64,000 nt of DNA, from the NCBI GenBank assembly GCA_045576815.1, contig JAZNHD010000055.1, forward strand, positions 14,868 to 78,867, written 5' to 3'. Every line of letters begins with the position of its first letter. Position 1 is the first letter of the stretch. Both the position numbers and the translations under genes were made by a program. The notes beneath the pieces are model-generated. The model made no database searches and was not told where the DNA came from. It worked only from the letters and a program-made list of their open reading frames with translations. This DNA is from Eubacteriales bacterium. GTDB lineage: Bacteria; Bacillota; Clostridia; Oscillospirales; CAG-272. Shown here in pieces: positions 10,401 through 17,512 of the stretch.

Positions 10401-11459
10401 ATGCGAAATCTCGTAAACATTCTTGACCTTACGACAAGCGAGATTGACGGGCTCATAGAATGTGCCCTCGATATCATAAATTCCCCCGAAAAATATGCCG
10501 ACTCCTGCCGCGGCAAGATTCTCGGCACGCTCTTTTTTGAGCCCTCGACGAGAACAAGACTCAGCTTCACCTCGGCTATGATGAGCCTTGGCGGCTCGGT
10601 GCTTGGCTTTTCACAGGCAGGCAGCTCCTCTATTTCAAAGGGTGAGACCGTCTCCGACACTATCCGTATGGTAAGCGCTTACTCGGACATTATCGCTATG
10701 CGCCACCCTAAAGAGGGCGCGCCGATAGTTGCCTCGCGCGTTGCGACAGTGCCGATTATCAACGCAGGCGACGGCGGTCACTTCCACCCGACCCAGACGC
10801 TCACCGACCTGCTTACGATAAAGAGAAAAAAGGGCAGATTTGATAACCTCACGGTCGGCATCTGCGGCGACCTTAAGTACGGCCGCACCGTTCACTCTCT
10901 TATCTCGGCTATGGTAAGATACGAGGGAGTTAAGTTCGTGCTTATCTCACCCGAGGAATTAAGACTGCCCGAGTACGTTAAGATAGAGTATCTCGGAAAT
11001 TCTGAGTATGTCGAAACCGAGAGTCTTGACGAGGCTATTCCCTCTCTTGATATTCTCTATATGACGAGGATACAGGCGGAGAGGTTTGATTCTAAAGAGG
11101 AATACGAGAGACTCAAGGATTCATACATCCTCACCCGTGAAAAGCTTGGCGGCGCAAAGCCCGACCTCTCAATAATGCATCCCCTACCCCGTGTCAACGA
11201 AATCGACGTTGACGTCGATGACGACCCCCGCGCCGACTACTTTATGCAGGCAGAGTGCGGCAGGTATATCCGCATGGCGCTTATACTCATGCTCCTCAAG
11301 ACGAAGGGTGTTGACGACAGGCGCACCCACGGCACCGAGAGGAGCGACCTCGTGTGCGAGAATCCGCACTGCATCTCGCGCACCGAGCGCGGCATCAAGC
11401 GTCTTTTCGATGAGTACGACCGCTGCATATACTGCGACCAGACGGCAAGGAAAATATAA
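10401..11459 (+). CDS. pyrB: Aspartate carbamoyltransferase catalytic chain with a C-terminal PyrI-type zinc-domain extension
   Basis: The STRTR and HPTQ ATCase motifs are present. The protein is 352 aa versus ~305 typical, and the last ~35 aa read [12 protein letters not shown]...RCIYCDQ (C-x4-C ... C-x2-C), as in the PyrI zinc domain. Confidence 0.85.
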   Translation: MRNLVNILDLTTSEIDGLIECALDIINSPEKYADSCRGKILGTLFFEPSTRTRLSFTSAMMSLGGSVLGFSQAGSSSISKGETVSDTIRMVSAYSDIIAMRHPKEGAPIVASRVATVPIINAGDGGHFHPTQTLTDLLTIKRKKGRFDNLTVGICGDLKYGRTVHSLISAMVRYEGVKFVLISPEELRLPEYVKIEYLGNSEYVETESLDEAIPSLDILYMTRIQAERFDSKEEYERLKDSYILTREKLGGAKPDLSIMHPLPRVNEIDVDVDDDPRADYFMQAECGRYIRMALILMLLKTKGVDDRRTHGTERSDLVCENPHCISRTERGIKRLFDEYDRCIYCDQTARKI

Positions 11460-11462
11460 AAC

Positions 11463-11490
11463 AAAAAAGCAGGCAATTGCCTGCTTTTTA
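11463..11490. terminator. Bidirectional intrinsic terminator (pyr operon / PH-like gene)
   Basis: Perfect palindrome AAGCAGGCAATTGCCTGCTT, flanked by an A-run and a T-run. Confidence 0.75.
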
Positions 11491-12114
11491 TATTGTTTGG
11501 ACCTCTTTTTCCGATTCGTCGCTTTCTTTCGGCGCTTCTATTTGTGGAGAGGTTTCTTTTTTCTTTCCGCCAAGTAAAACCTTTGCAACAATTCCAAACT
11601 TGCTTGTTGCGCTTCCGACAGGAGATGCCTTTGCCACCTCTACGACAACGTTTCCCGTCACTACTGCTGCTTTTTTCGCAATATCCACAACATCGATATC
11701 GAGAGCTTCGTTAGTTTCCTTAATCTCGCTCTGGACCTTTTTAACCCCTCTCACGAATTGGGAATTACCGCTTGCCAAACGAAGCGCCTTTAGAGTAAAG
11801 TCTTTCGCTTCCTTGCTGTTTGGAAATTCTAAAAACAACTCGCCGGACGTCAAATAAATTTCAACATTTATTCCTTTTCTAATAATCTGCTTAGAGCCTT
11901 TATAGACTTTTATATCACTTACGCTATGTTCAATGTTTTCAACAATTTCGCTCCACATCTTCTTTGTTGTTGATGTTACAACTATGTTGTAGTTTGTCAA
12001 TAAAAGCTCCCACGTGGTTTTCTTTACCTTTGGATCTTTCTTTCCGTCCTTGAGAAGTTCAACGCTCCCTCTATAAAGGACTGTTTCATCTGATTTTAAT
12101 ACATAGTTTTGCAT
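11488..12114 (-). CDS. Hypothetical protein with a bacterial PH/GRAM-like N-terminal domain and a Lys/Val/Ala-rich C-terminal tail
   Basis: 208 aa from the ATG at 12114, which has a strong AAGGAGGG RBS 6 nt upstream. The N-terminal ~125 aa has the pattern of short bacterial PH-like domains (inference only). I recognised no catalytic motifs. Confidence 0.7.
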   Translation of the reverse strand: MQNYVLKSDETVLYRGSVELLKDGKKDPKVKKTTWELLLTNYNIVVTSTTKKMWSEIVENIEHSVSDIKVYKGSKQIIRKGINVEIYLTSGELFLEFPNSKEAKDFTLKALRLASGNSQFVRGVKKVQSEIKETNEALDIDVVDIAKKAAVVTGNVVVEVAKASPVGSATSKFGIVAKVLLGGKKKETSPQIEAPKESDESEKEVQTI

Positions 12115-12158
12115 GTTGTCCCTCCTTGTTAAAGCCTTTGTTTTTTTCGCGAATCTGT

Positions 12159-12308
12159 AAAAAACAAAAAGTGCGCCCACAATGTGAGCGCACCTCCATT
12201 AAGTACTTCACATTGCTGCGACACAACTTTTTCAGAAAAGGTATAGAAAAAGACGGAAGTACTAAAATGGCATAGTACACCCTTTCTGAAAGTATCAAGT
12301 TATGTCGC
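12159..12308 (-). promoter_or_regulatory. Unclassified structured 5' leader ending in an intrinsic terminator (riboswitch/attenuator-like)
   Basis: Nested helices: P1 12309-12297 with 12229-12217 (13 bp), P2 12292-12281 with 12241-12230, P3 12278-12273 with 12264-12259. A GC hairpin (12193-12171) plus UUUUUGUUUUUU follows, about 45 nt upstream of the RBS. Confidence 0.5.
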
Positions 12309-12314
12309 AAGTAC

Positions 12315-12343
12315 AGTATAGCACAAAAAACTCAGAAACGCAA
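12315..12343 (-). promoter_or_regulatory. Putative sigma-A promoter driving the structured leader and PH-like gene
   Basis: Minus strand reads TTGCGT, 17 nt, TGcTATACT (extended -10). Confidence 0.5.
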
Positions 12344-12354
12344 TATAAAAAGAT

Positions 12355-12385
12355 AAAATGTCAGGCTCGGTGAGCCTGACATTTT
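12355..12385 (-). terminator. Intrinsic terminator of trpB
   Basis: 14-bp hairpin AAAATGTCAGGCTC/GAGCCTGACATTTT, directly after the trpB stop and followed by a U-rich tract on the minus strand. Confidence 0.75.
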
Positions 12386-12387
12386 CT

Positions 12388-13605
12388 TTATCTTATTCCA
12401 TATTTCTCAATGATATAATCCATATCCTTGTCGCCTCTGCCCGAGAGGTTGATAAGGATTGAGCCGCGGCCCATAGTCTTCGCGAGCTTCATGCCATAGG
12501 CAACCGCGTGGGCACTCTCGATAGCCGGGATAATGCCCTCCTTGCGCGAGAGCTCGAAGAATGCGTCAATCGTTTCGTCGTCGTTGACAACATCGTATTT
12601 TACTCTGCCGAGGTCGTGAAGGAATGCGTGCTCGGGGCCCGAGGAGGGGTAGTCAAGACCGCTTGCAACCGAATAGACGGGTGCGGGCTCGCCGTGCTCG
12701 TCCTTGAGCATTATGCTGTTAAATCCGTGCATTATGCCCTCTGTGCCGTATTTGAGGCTTGCCGCATGGTCACCGAGCTGCTCGCCCCTGCCAAGCGGCT
12801 CAACACCGTATATCTCAACGGGGTCATTAAGGAAGCCCGAGAAAATACCCATAGCGTTAGAGCCACCGCCAACGCAGGCAACGACCGCATCAGGAAGCTC
12901 GCCCGTCATGCCAAGGAACTGCTCTCTCGCCTCAACTCCGACAACGCTCTGGAAGTCACGCACCATCATAGGAAAAGGGTGCGGGCCGAGCACCGAGCCG
13001 ATACAGTATATCGCGTCGTGATACTCCTCGGCGTATGCGGCAAAGGCTGCGTCAACCGCCTCCTTGAGAGTCGCAAGACCCTCTTTTACCTCAACGACGT
13101 TTGCGCCGAGTATCTTCATTCTCGCAACGTTGGGCGCTTGCTTTTTTATATCGACAGAACCCATATAAATATCACATTCAAGACCGAAATAAGCCGCCGC
13201 GGTAGCGCGCGGCACGCCGTGCTGACCCGCGCCGGTCTCTGCAATAACCTTTTTCTTGCCCATATATTTCGCGAGCAGCGCCTCACCCATACAGTGATTT
13301 AATTTGTGCGCACCCGTGTGGTTTAGGTCCTCGCGCTTGACATAGAGCTGGACGTTTCCGAGGCTTGCCGACAGTCTTTCAAGATGGGAAATAGGTGTCG
13401 GACGTCCCTGGAAATCACGGCGTATTCTTCTGAGCTCGCCAATAAATCTCGAGGACTTACAGATGGTAAAGTACGCCTCTGTAATCTCCTCCATCGCGCG
13501 CCTCAGCTCGTCTGATATATACACGCCTCCATACTTTCCGAAATAGCCGTCCTTATCAGGATAGTGTTTAAAGTAGGTGTCAAAATCCACTCCGTTAAAA
13601 TTCAT
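12388..13605 (-). CDS. trpB: Tryptophan synthase beta chain (stand-alone, no trpA nearby)
   Basis: 405 aa from the ATG at 13605 ([12 protein letters not shown]...). PLP-enzyme motifs [14 protein letters not shown] and GGGSNAMG are present. The track ORF extends upstream into the T-box leader, which I consider spurious. Confidence 0.85.
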   Translation of the reverse strand: MNFNGVDFDTYFKHYPDKDGYFGKYGGVYISDELRRAMEEITEAYFTICKSSRFIGELRRIRRDFQGRPTPISHLERLSASLGNVQLYVKREDLNHTGAHKLNHCMGEALLAKYMGKKKVIAETGAGQHGVPRATAAAYFGLECDIYMGSVDIKKQAPNVARMKILGANVVEVKEGLATLKEAVDAAFAAYAEEYHDAIYCIGSVLGPHPFPMMVRDFQSVVGVEAREQFLGMTGELPDAVVACVGGGSNAMGIFSGFLNDPVEIYGVEPLGRGEQLGDHAASLKYGTEGIMHGFNSIMLKDEHGEPAPVYSVASGLDYPSSGPEHAFLHDLGRVKYDVVNDDETIDAFFELSRKEGIIPAIESAHAVAYGMKLAKTMGRGSILINLSGRGDKDMDYIIEKYGIR

Positions 13606-13630
13606 TTTAAAATCCTCTCTTTCACTCGGG

Positions 13631-13892
13631 AAAACAAAAAGCCCCGAGCAGTATTTTTCTCTGCTCGGGGCGAATAAATCGCGGTGCCACCCGAATTCGA
13701 GGTCGTAAGACCTCCTTTTTTCGCACTTGTATGCGCTGTACTGATAACGGTGCCGGCCGTCGGAGCCTACTTGTAAAAACTTTCGGTCCGCCCTCGGAAG
13801 CCCATTCACCACACCCCTTTATACCGCAATCACACCGCCTGCGGCTCTCTTTGATAAAGCGTGTGAGGCTACTCCTCTTCCTCACAGGTTAT
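13631..13892 (-). promoter_or_regulatory. T-box leader, probable Trp specifier (UGG)
   Basis: Minus strand carries the AGAGA bulge, the GGUGUGA distal loop, a specifier loop GAA-UGG-G, and the T-box sequence GGGUGGCACCGCG (13692-13680). A terminator follows (13671-13641) with a U-tract. Confidence 0.85.
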
Positions 13893-13898
13893 GCAAAG

Positions 13899-13927
13899 AT
13901 TATACAACCAAAGCGGCTCTTTGTCAA
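13899..13927 (-). promoter_or_regulatory. Putative sigma-A promoter of the T-box-trpB unit
   Basis: Minus strand reads TTGACA (13927-13922), 17 nt, TATAAT (13904-13899). Confidence 0.6.
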
Positions 13928-13955
13928 TACCTTTTCGGGAAATTTTCGATATTTT

Positions 13956-14519
13956 TTAAACTCTGAATATCGGGCGCAGCTGTCGAGATTCCATAGCTGC
14001 CGCGAGCGCCTCGGGAATTTCCTCCATTGCCGCAACGAGTGAATGCGGCTTTCCTATCGGGTCGTCCTGAAGCATCGGCACGAAATACACCGAGCGCCTC
14101 GTTATAAGAGTACCGATATTTTTTAGGTTTTGCGAGAGCGCATCGTTTGTTGCAACGGCAAAAAGCAACGTTCTGTCGCATCTGAGATGCGCCTTTGCCG
14201 CCATCGTCACGGCGGTGTCGGTAACTCCCGTCGCAATCTTAGCAAGGGTATTACCTGTACAGGGCGCTATGACGAGCGCGTCAAGGGCTATCTTAGGTCC
14301 AAGCGGCTCCGCCTCCTCCACTGTATGTATAATATCCCTTTTACACAGTGCTCTCACACACTCGGAAAACTCTCGCGCTATGGCAAAGCGGGTATCGGTG
14401 CTGTACGCACGCTCGCTCATTATCGGCTGTACCTCATAGCCTGCTTCCAGAAGCCGTTTAAGCGAGGCAAGCGAGCGCCCAAGCGTGCAAAACGAGCCTG
14501 AAAATGCATATCCTATCAT
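13956..14519 (-). CDS. dpaB: Dipicolinate synthase subunit B (flavoprotein family)
   Basis: 187 aa starting MIGYAFSGSFCT..., with the APCTGNTLAKIA motif typical of SpoVFB. Adjacent to dpaA. Confidence 0.8.
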   Translation of the reverse strand: MIGYAFSGSFCTLGRSLASLKRLLEAGYEVQPIMSERAYSTDTRFAIAREFSECVRALCKRDIIHTVEEAEPLGPKIALDALVIAPCTGNTLAKIATGVTDTAVTMAAKAHLRCDRTLLFAVATNDALSQNLKNIGTLITRRSVYFVPMLQDDPIGKPHSLVAAMEEIPEALAAAMESRQLRPIFRV

Positions 14520-14580
14520 ATTGTCTGTCCTTTCGGGGAATCTTTTGTTATTCGCGCCCCGCGGTAGGGGCGCGAAAGCT

Positions 14581-15318
14581 TCAGATAAGGTATCTCGATA
14601 TATACCTTGCGTATATTTTCCCGGCGGTGTCGGGGTACATCGCGTCGGGGACGGAGGATAGCTTCAACACGTCCACTGTATCCTCAAAATTTTTGCCTGA
14701 TGCGAGGTCTATAAAAACGGTGCTGCCCGAAAGCTCCCGAGCCACCTCGCGCGAAAACGGAGCCGGGGCGGTATTTATGATAAGGTCAAGTCCTAAAAAG
14801 TCGGAAACAAACTCACCGTGCGAGCTTTCGACACCGCATTCTGAAAGATAGAGCCTTGTAGACTCGCGTCTGGTGTAAACCTTAACTTCCGCTCCCAAGA
14901 ACAGCAAAAGTCTCGCAAGCGCTTTCCCTATACGACCGTATCCGACTATGCCTATCCGAAGGTCTCGGGGCGCTTTTTTTAGGTCGCAAAGTATCCTTCC
15001 GAGCGCTCCCTCGGCGGTTATCTCGGCGTTTTCAAGGAGAAAATCCTCGTCGAGCGCAGCGTCGTAAATCTCACCGCCCAAGGAAAGAATTTTTTCGCCG
15101 AGTCCGTCGGGTATATTATATCCTGCAACGAGCACGCCTCTGCCTACAAGGGAGAGCAGCTCCTCGAGGGGCGTATCGGTAGAGCTTACGTGCTCACCGT
15201 CTTTAGTGGTCGGAATAGGCAAAAGGACGAGTCTGTCGTAACGGGCATCCTTGATTTCGGAAAGCGCCGTCTCGCACACACGCTGTCTGCCCCCGACTCC
15301 AAACGTGCAAATTTCCAT
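14581..15318 (-). CDS. dpaA: Dipicolinate synthase subunit A (NAD(P)-binding)
   Basis: 245 aa with the Rossmann motif IGIVGYGRIGKALA. The SpoVFA-like N-terminal domain and pairing with dpaB support the call. It is shorter than the ~290 aa I would expect. Confidence 0.7.
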   Translation of the reverse strand: MEICTFGVGGRQRVCETALSEIKDARYDRLVLLPIPTTKDGEHVSSTDTPLEELLSLVGRGVLVAGYNIPDGLGEKILSLGGEIYDAALDEDFLLENAEITAEGALGRILCDLKKAPRDLRIGIVGYGRIGKALARLLLFLGAEVKVYTRRESTRLYLSECGVESSHGEFVSDFLGLDLIINTAPAPFSREVARELSGSTVFIDLASGKNFEDTVDVLKLSSVPDAMYPDTAGKIYARYISRYLI

Positions 15319-15398
15319 TCTGATTTCCTCATTCGGTTGCAGAGTATTTTATACTCTACAGTTTCAGTTTATGTGAGGAAGTTCAAAATGGTTAAGGC

Positions 15399-15545
15399 TT
15401 ACTTGCCGTCATTCATTTTCATCATTGATTTTACAGTACACATCTTTTCCTTTATGAATTTCTTGCACTTCTCGGCAATCCCGATAACCCCAGCCGCCGC
15501 AAGAGTGAACACAGCAAGCCCTCTATAAGGGTGCTTCTTTTTCAT
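15399..15545 (-). CDS. Possible small membrane protein (48 aa), not in the ORF track
   Basis: Sequence MKKKHPYRGLAVFTLAAAGVIGIAEKCKKFIKEKMCTVKSMMKMNDGK has a basic N-terminus, one TM helix and a basic tail. The RBS is weak (GGAAAT). Confidence 0.3.
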   Translation of the reverse strand: MKKKHPYRGLAVFTLAAAGVIGIAEKCKKFIKEKMCTVKSMMKMNDGK

Positions 15546-15651
15546 ATTGTTATTTCCAAACATAATATTTTTTCTGCAAGACGGAGCTTGCAGACTCCTT
15601 TCGTTCGAGATATTTATATCTTTCCCGACAAAAAAGAAATTATTTACACGA

Positions 15652-15680
15652 TTGACAAAACTCCGGCGTTCGTGTAAAAT
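15652..15680 (+). promoter_or_regulatory. Putative sigma-A promoter of the Sel1-repeat gene
   Basis: TTGACA (15652-15657), 17 nt, TAAAAT. A TATAAT follows immediately at 15681. Confidence 0.5.
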
Positions 15681-15708
15681 TATAATAGGATTTTATGCGA
15701 GGTGCTTT

Positions 15709-17451
15709 ATGTTAAAATGCAACAGTTGCGGAAAAATTAACGAATATACGGATAGCGTCTGCTCGGTTTGCGGCAGTGCTCTTGATATCAATAAAAAAGA
15801 GTCAGAGGAAATATTCCTCTCCGCCAAGGCAGACATGAAAGCGCGCGCATACGAGTCGGCAGTGGAAAAATTTCGCGCGCTGGCAATAAGAAAATTTCCC
15901 GAGGCGGCTCGCGAGTGGGGTGCCATCCTTGAGCGCGGCTCGCTCGTGCCCCGCGATCTTGACGAGGCTATGAAATATTTCTTCATCGCTGCCGAATCAG
16001 GCGACGCGCACGCGGCCTACAGATATTCGAGACTCGCTAGGCGTACAAGCGAGCGCAGCGCAGACTTCTGGCTTGCGGTATCAGCACTTTTCGGCTCTTG
16101 TGACGCATATCCCGCCGCGGCAAAAATGTACTCTGACAAGGGCGACGAGGATACGGCTACCTACTATTACACGCTCGCGGCGGAATGTGACGACGTTGAG
16201 GCAATAGTCACCCTCGCACGAAGATATTACGACGGAGAGAATACTGAAAAAAACGACGGATATGCAAAGTGGTATATGGACAAGCTGACTCTTCCGCCTC
16301 TTTATGCTTTGCGGCTTGCCTACAGGCTTCGTTCGGCAAAGGCCGAGGAGCCTCCGACTCCCGAGCTTGCTTCGCGGGATGCAATAATACACTCACTCAT
16401 TCAGGACGCCATGAGCTACGGACTTGATAAACCCGCCTATTTACTTGCGACACTTTATGCAGAGGGCGGCACGCCTGAGGCAGTCTTTTTACTCGCGAGG
16501 CTCACAGTAGAAGGCGTAGGCACCGAAAAGGATACTGTAACCGGCCTCCGACTTCTCGAGAATGCGGCCGCAAAGGGCTCGCCCGAGGCAGCAAGGTATC
16601 TTGGCGACCTATTTATAACCAACACGGAATTTCCTCGCGATACCAAAAAAGCTCTTATCTACTACAAGAGAGCGGCAGAGCTTGGCAGGGGCGACGCATA
16701 CGAAGCACTCGGTGACATTTTTTACGAGGGTACGCTCGTAGACCGAGACGTTTCATACGCAATAGAGCTATATACCGAGGGCGCAAGAGAGGGTGAGGAA
16801 AATTCGAGAAAAAAGGCACGCGAGCTCATAGACCGCCGCGAAGAGTACTTCGCTATCGCTGAGGCAGAGGAAAAGGATCCGAAAAAGGCTTACAAGTGCT
16901 ACGCTATTGCGGCTTCAATGGGGCACACCTCCGCATTCGTGCCGCTTGCCAGCTGCTTTGAGTTTGGCGTGGGAACTGAAGAAAATCGCCGCGAGGCATT
17001 TCTGTGGTACAAGGCAGCGGCCGAGGCAGGCGAGGCAGACGGCATATACGAGCTTGGCAGGTGCTACGCAAGCGGTATGGGCACGGCGTTTGACTATAAG
17101 CGCGCCACGGAAAATCTTCGCATAGCAGCAAGGCTCGGTATAAAGGATGGCGAACAGGAGCTTATACGACTCCTATCCGCAAAGAAAAAGCATATGTCGC
17201 GCTCGCTTTACTCTACTGCAATGAGGCTTCTCCATAACAAAAAGCTCGCCGAAGCAAGACGGCTGCTTTCTGCAGGAAACCAGCTTTCTCATCCCGCCGC
17301 AACCTACACGCTCGGCTGCCTTTTTGAGTTCGGTATTGGCGGCGAGTGCAACAGAGAGGGTGCGTTCGCACTTTATAACCGCTCTTTCGACCTCGGATTT
17401 CGCGACCCAAGACAAAGATACAAACTTAAGGTTTTACAGATGACAAGGTAA
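15709..17451 (+). CDS. Zinc-ribbon / Sel1-repeat (TPR-like) protein
   Basis: Starts at ATG 15709 (MLKCNSCGKINEYTDSVCSVCGS, i.e. CxxC...CxxC). About 12 Sel1-like repeats follow (e.g. GDAHAAYRYSRLA, EAARYLGDLF, GDAYEALGDIFYEG, ADGIYELGRCYASG). Confidence 0.8.
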   Translation: MLKCNSCGKINEYTDSVCSVCGSALDINKKESEEIFLSAKADMKARAYESAVEKFRALAIRKFPEAAREWGAILERGSLVPRDLDEAMKYFFIAAESGDAHAAYRYSRLARRTSERSADFWLAVSALFGSCDAYPAAAKMYSDKGDEDTATYYYTLAAECDDVEAIVTLARRYYDGENTEKNDGYAKWYMDKLTLPPLYALRLAYRLRSAKAEEPPTPELASRDAIIHSLIQDAMSYGLDKPAYLLATLYAEGGTPEAVFLLARLTVEGVGTEKDTVTGLRLLENAAAKGSPEAARYLGDLFITNTEFPRDTKKALIYYKRAAELGRGDAYEALGDIFYEGTLVDRDVSYAIELYTEGAREGEENSRKKARELIDRREEYFAIAEAEEKDPKKAYKCYAIAASMGHTSAFVPLASCFEFGVGTEENRREAFLWYKAAAEAGEADGIYELGRCYASGMGTAFDYKRATENLRIAARLGIKDGEQELIRLLSAKKKHMSRSLYSTAMRLLHNKKLAEARRLLSAGNQLSHPAATYTLGCLFEFGIGGECNREGAFALYNRSFDLGFRDPRQRYKLKVLQMTR

Positions 17452-17477
17452 TTTTTGTAAATAATTATTTGCAAAAA

Positions 17478-17512
17478 ACAAGAAATCCCCGAAAATTCGG
17501 GGATTTCTTGTT
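17478..17512. terminator. Bidirectional intrinsic terminator
   Basis: Long hairpin ACAAGAAATCCCCGAA/TTCGGGGATTTCTTGT with an A-run upstream and a T-run downstream, between convergent genes. Confidence 0.8.

Noticed and set aside
12115-12180. A 22-codon N-terminal extension of the PH-like ORF from GTG 12180 (MGALFVFYRFAKKTKALTRRDN), as given in the ORF track.
   Set aside because: The GTG sits inside the terminator-like hairpin and the U-tract would encode LFVF. The nearest GGAGG is 12 nt away, which is too far. ATG 12114 has an ideal AAGGAGGG RBS at 6 nt. The extension is kept as an alternative in the finding.
13622-14042. Track ORFs 13622-13885 (-), 13731-14042 (+) and the 69-codon upstream extension of trpB.
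   Set aside because: They overlap the T-box leader RNA, whose conserved elements and terminator explain this sequence better. The trpB homology begins at the ATG at 13605.
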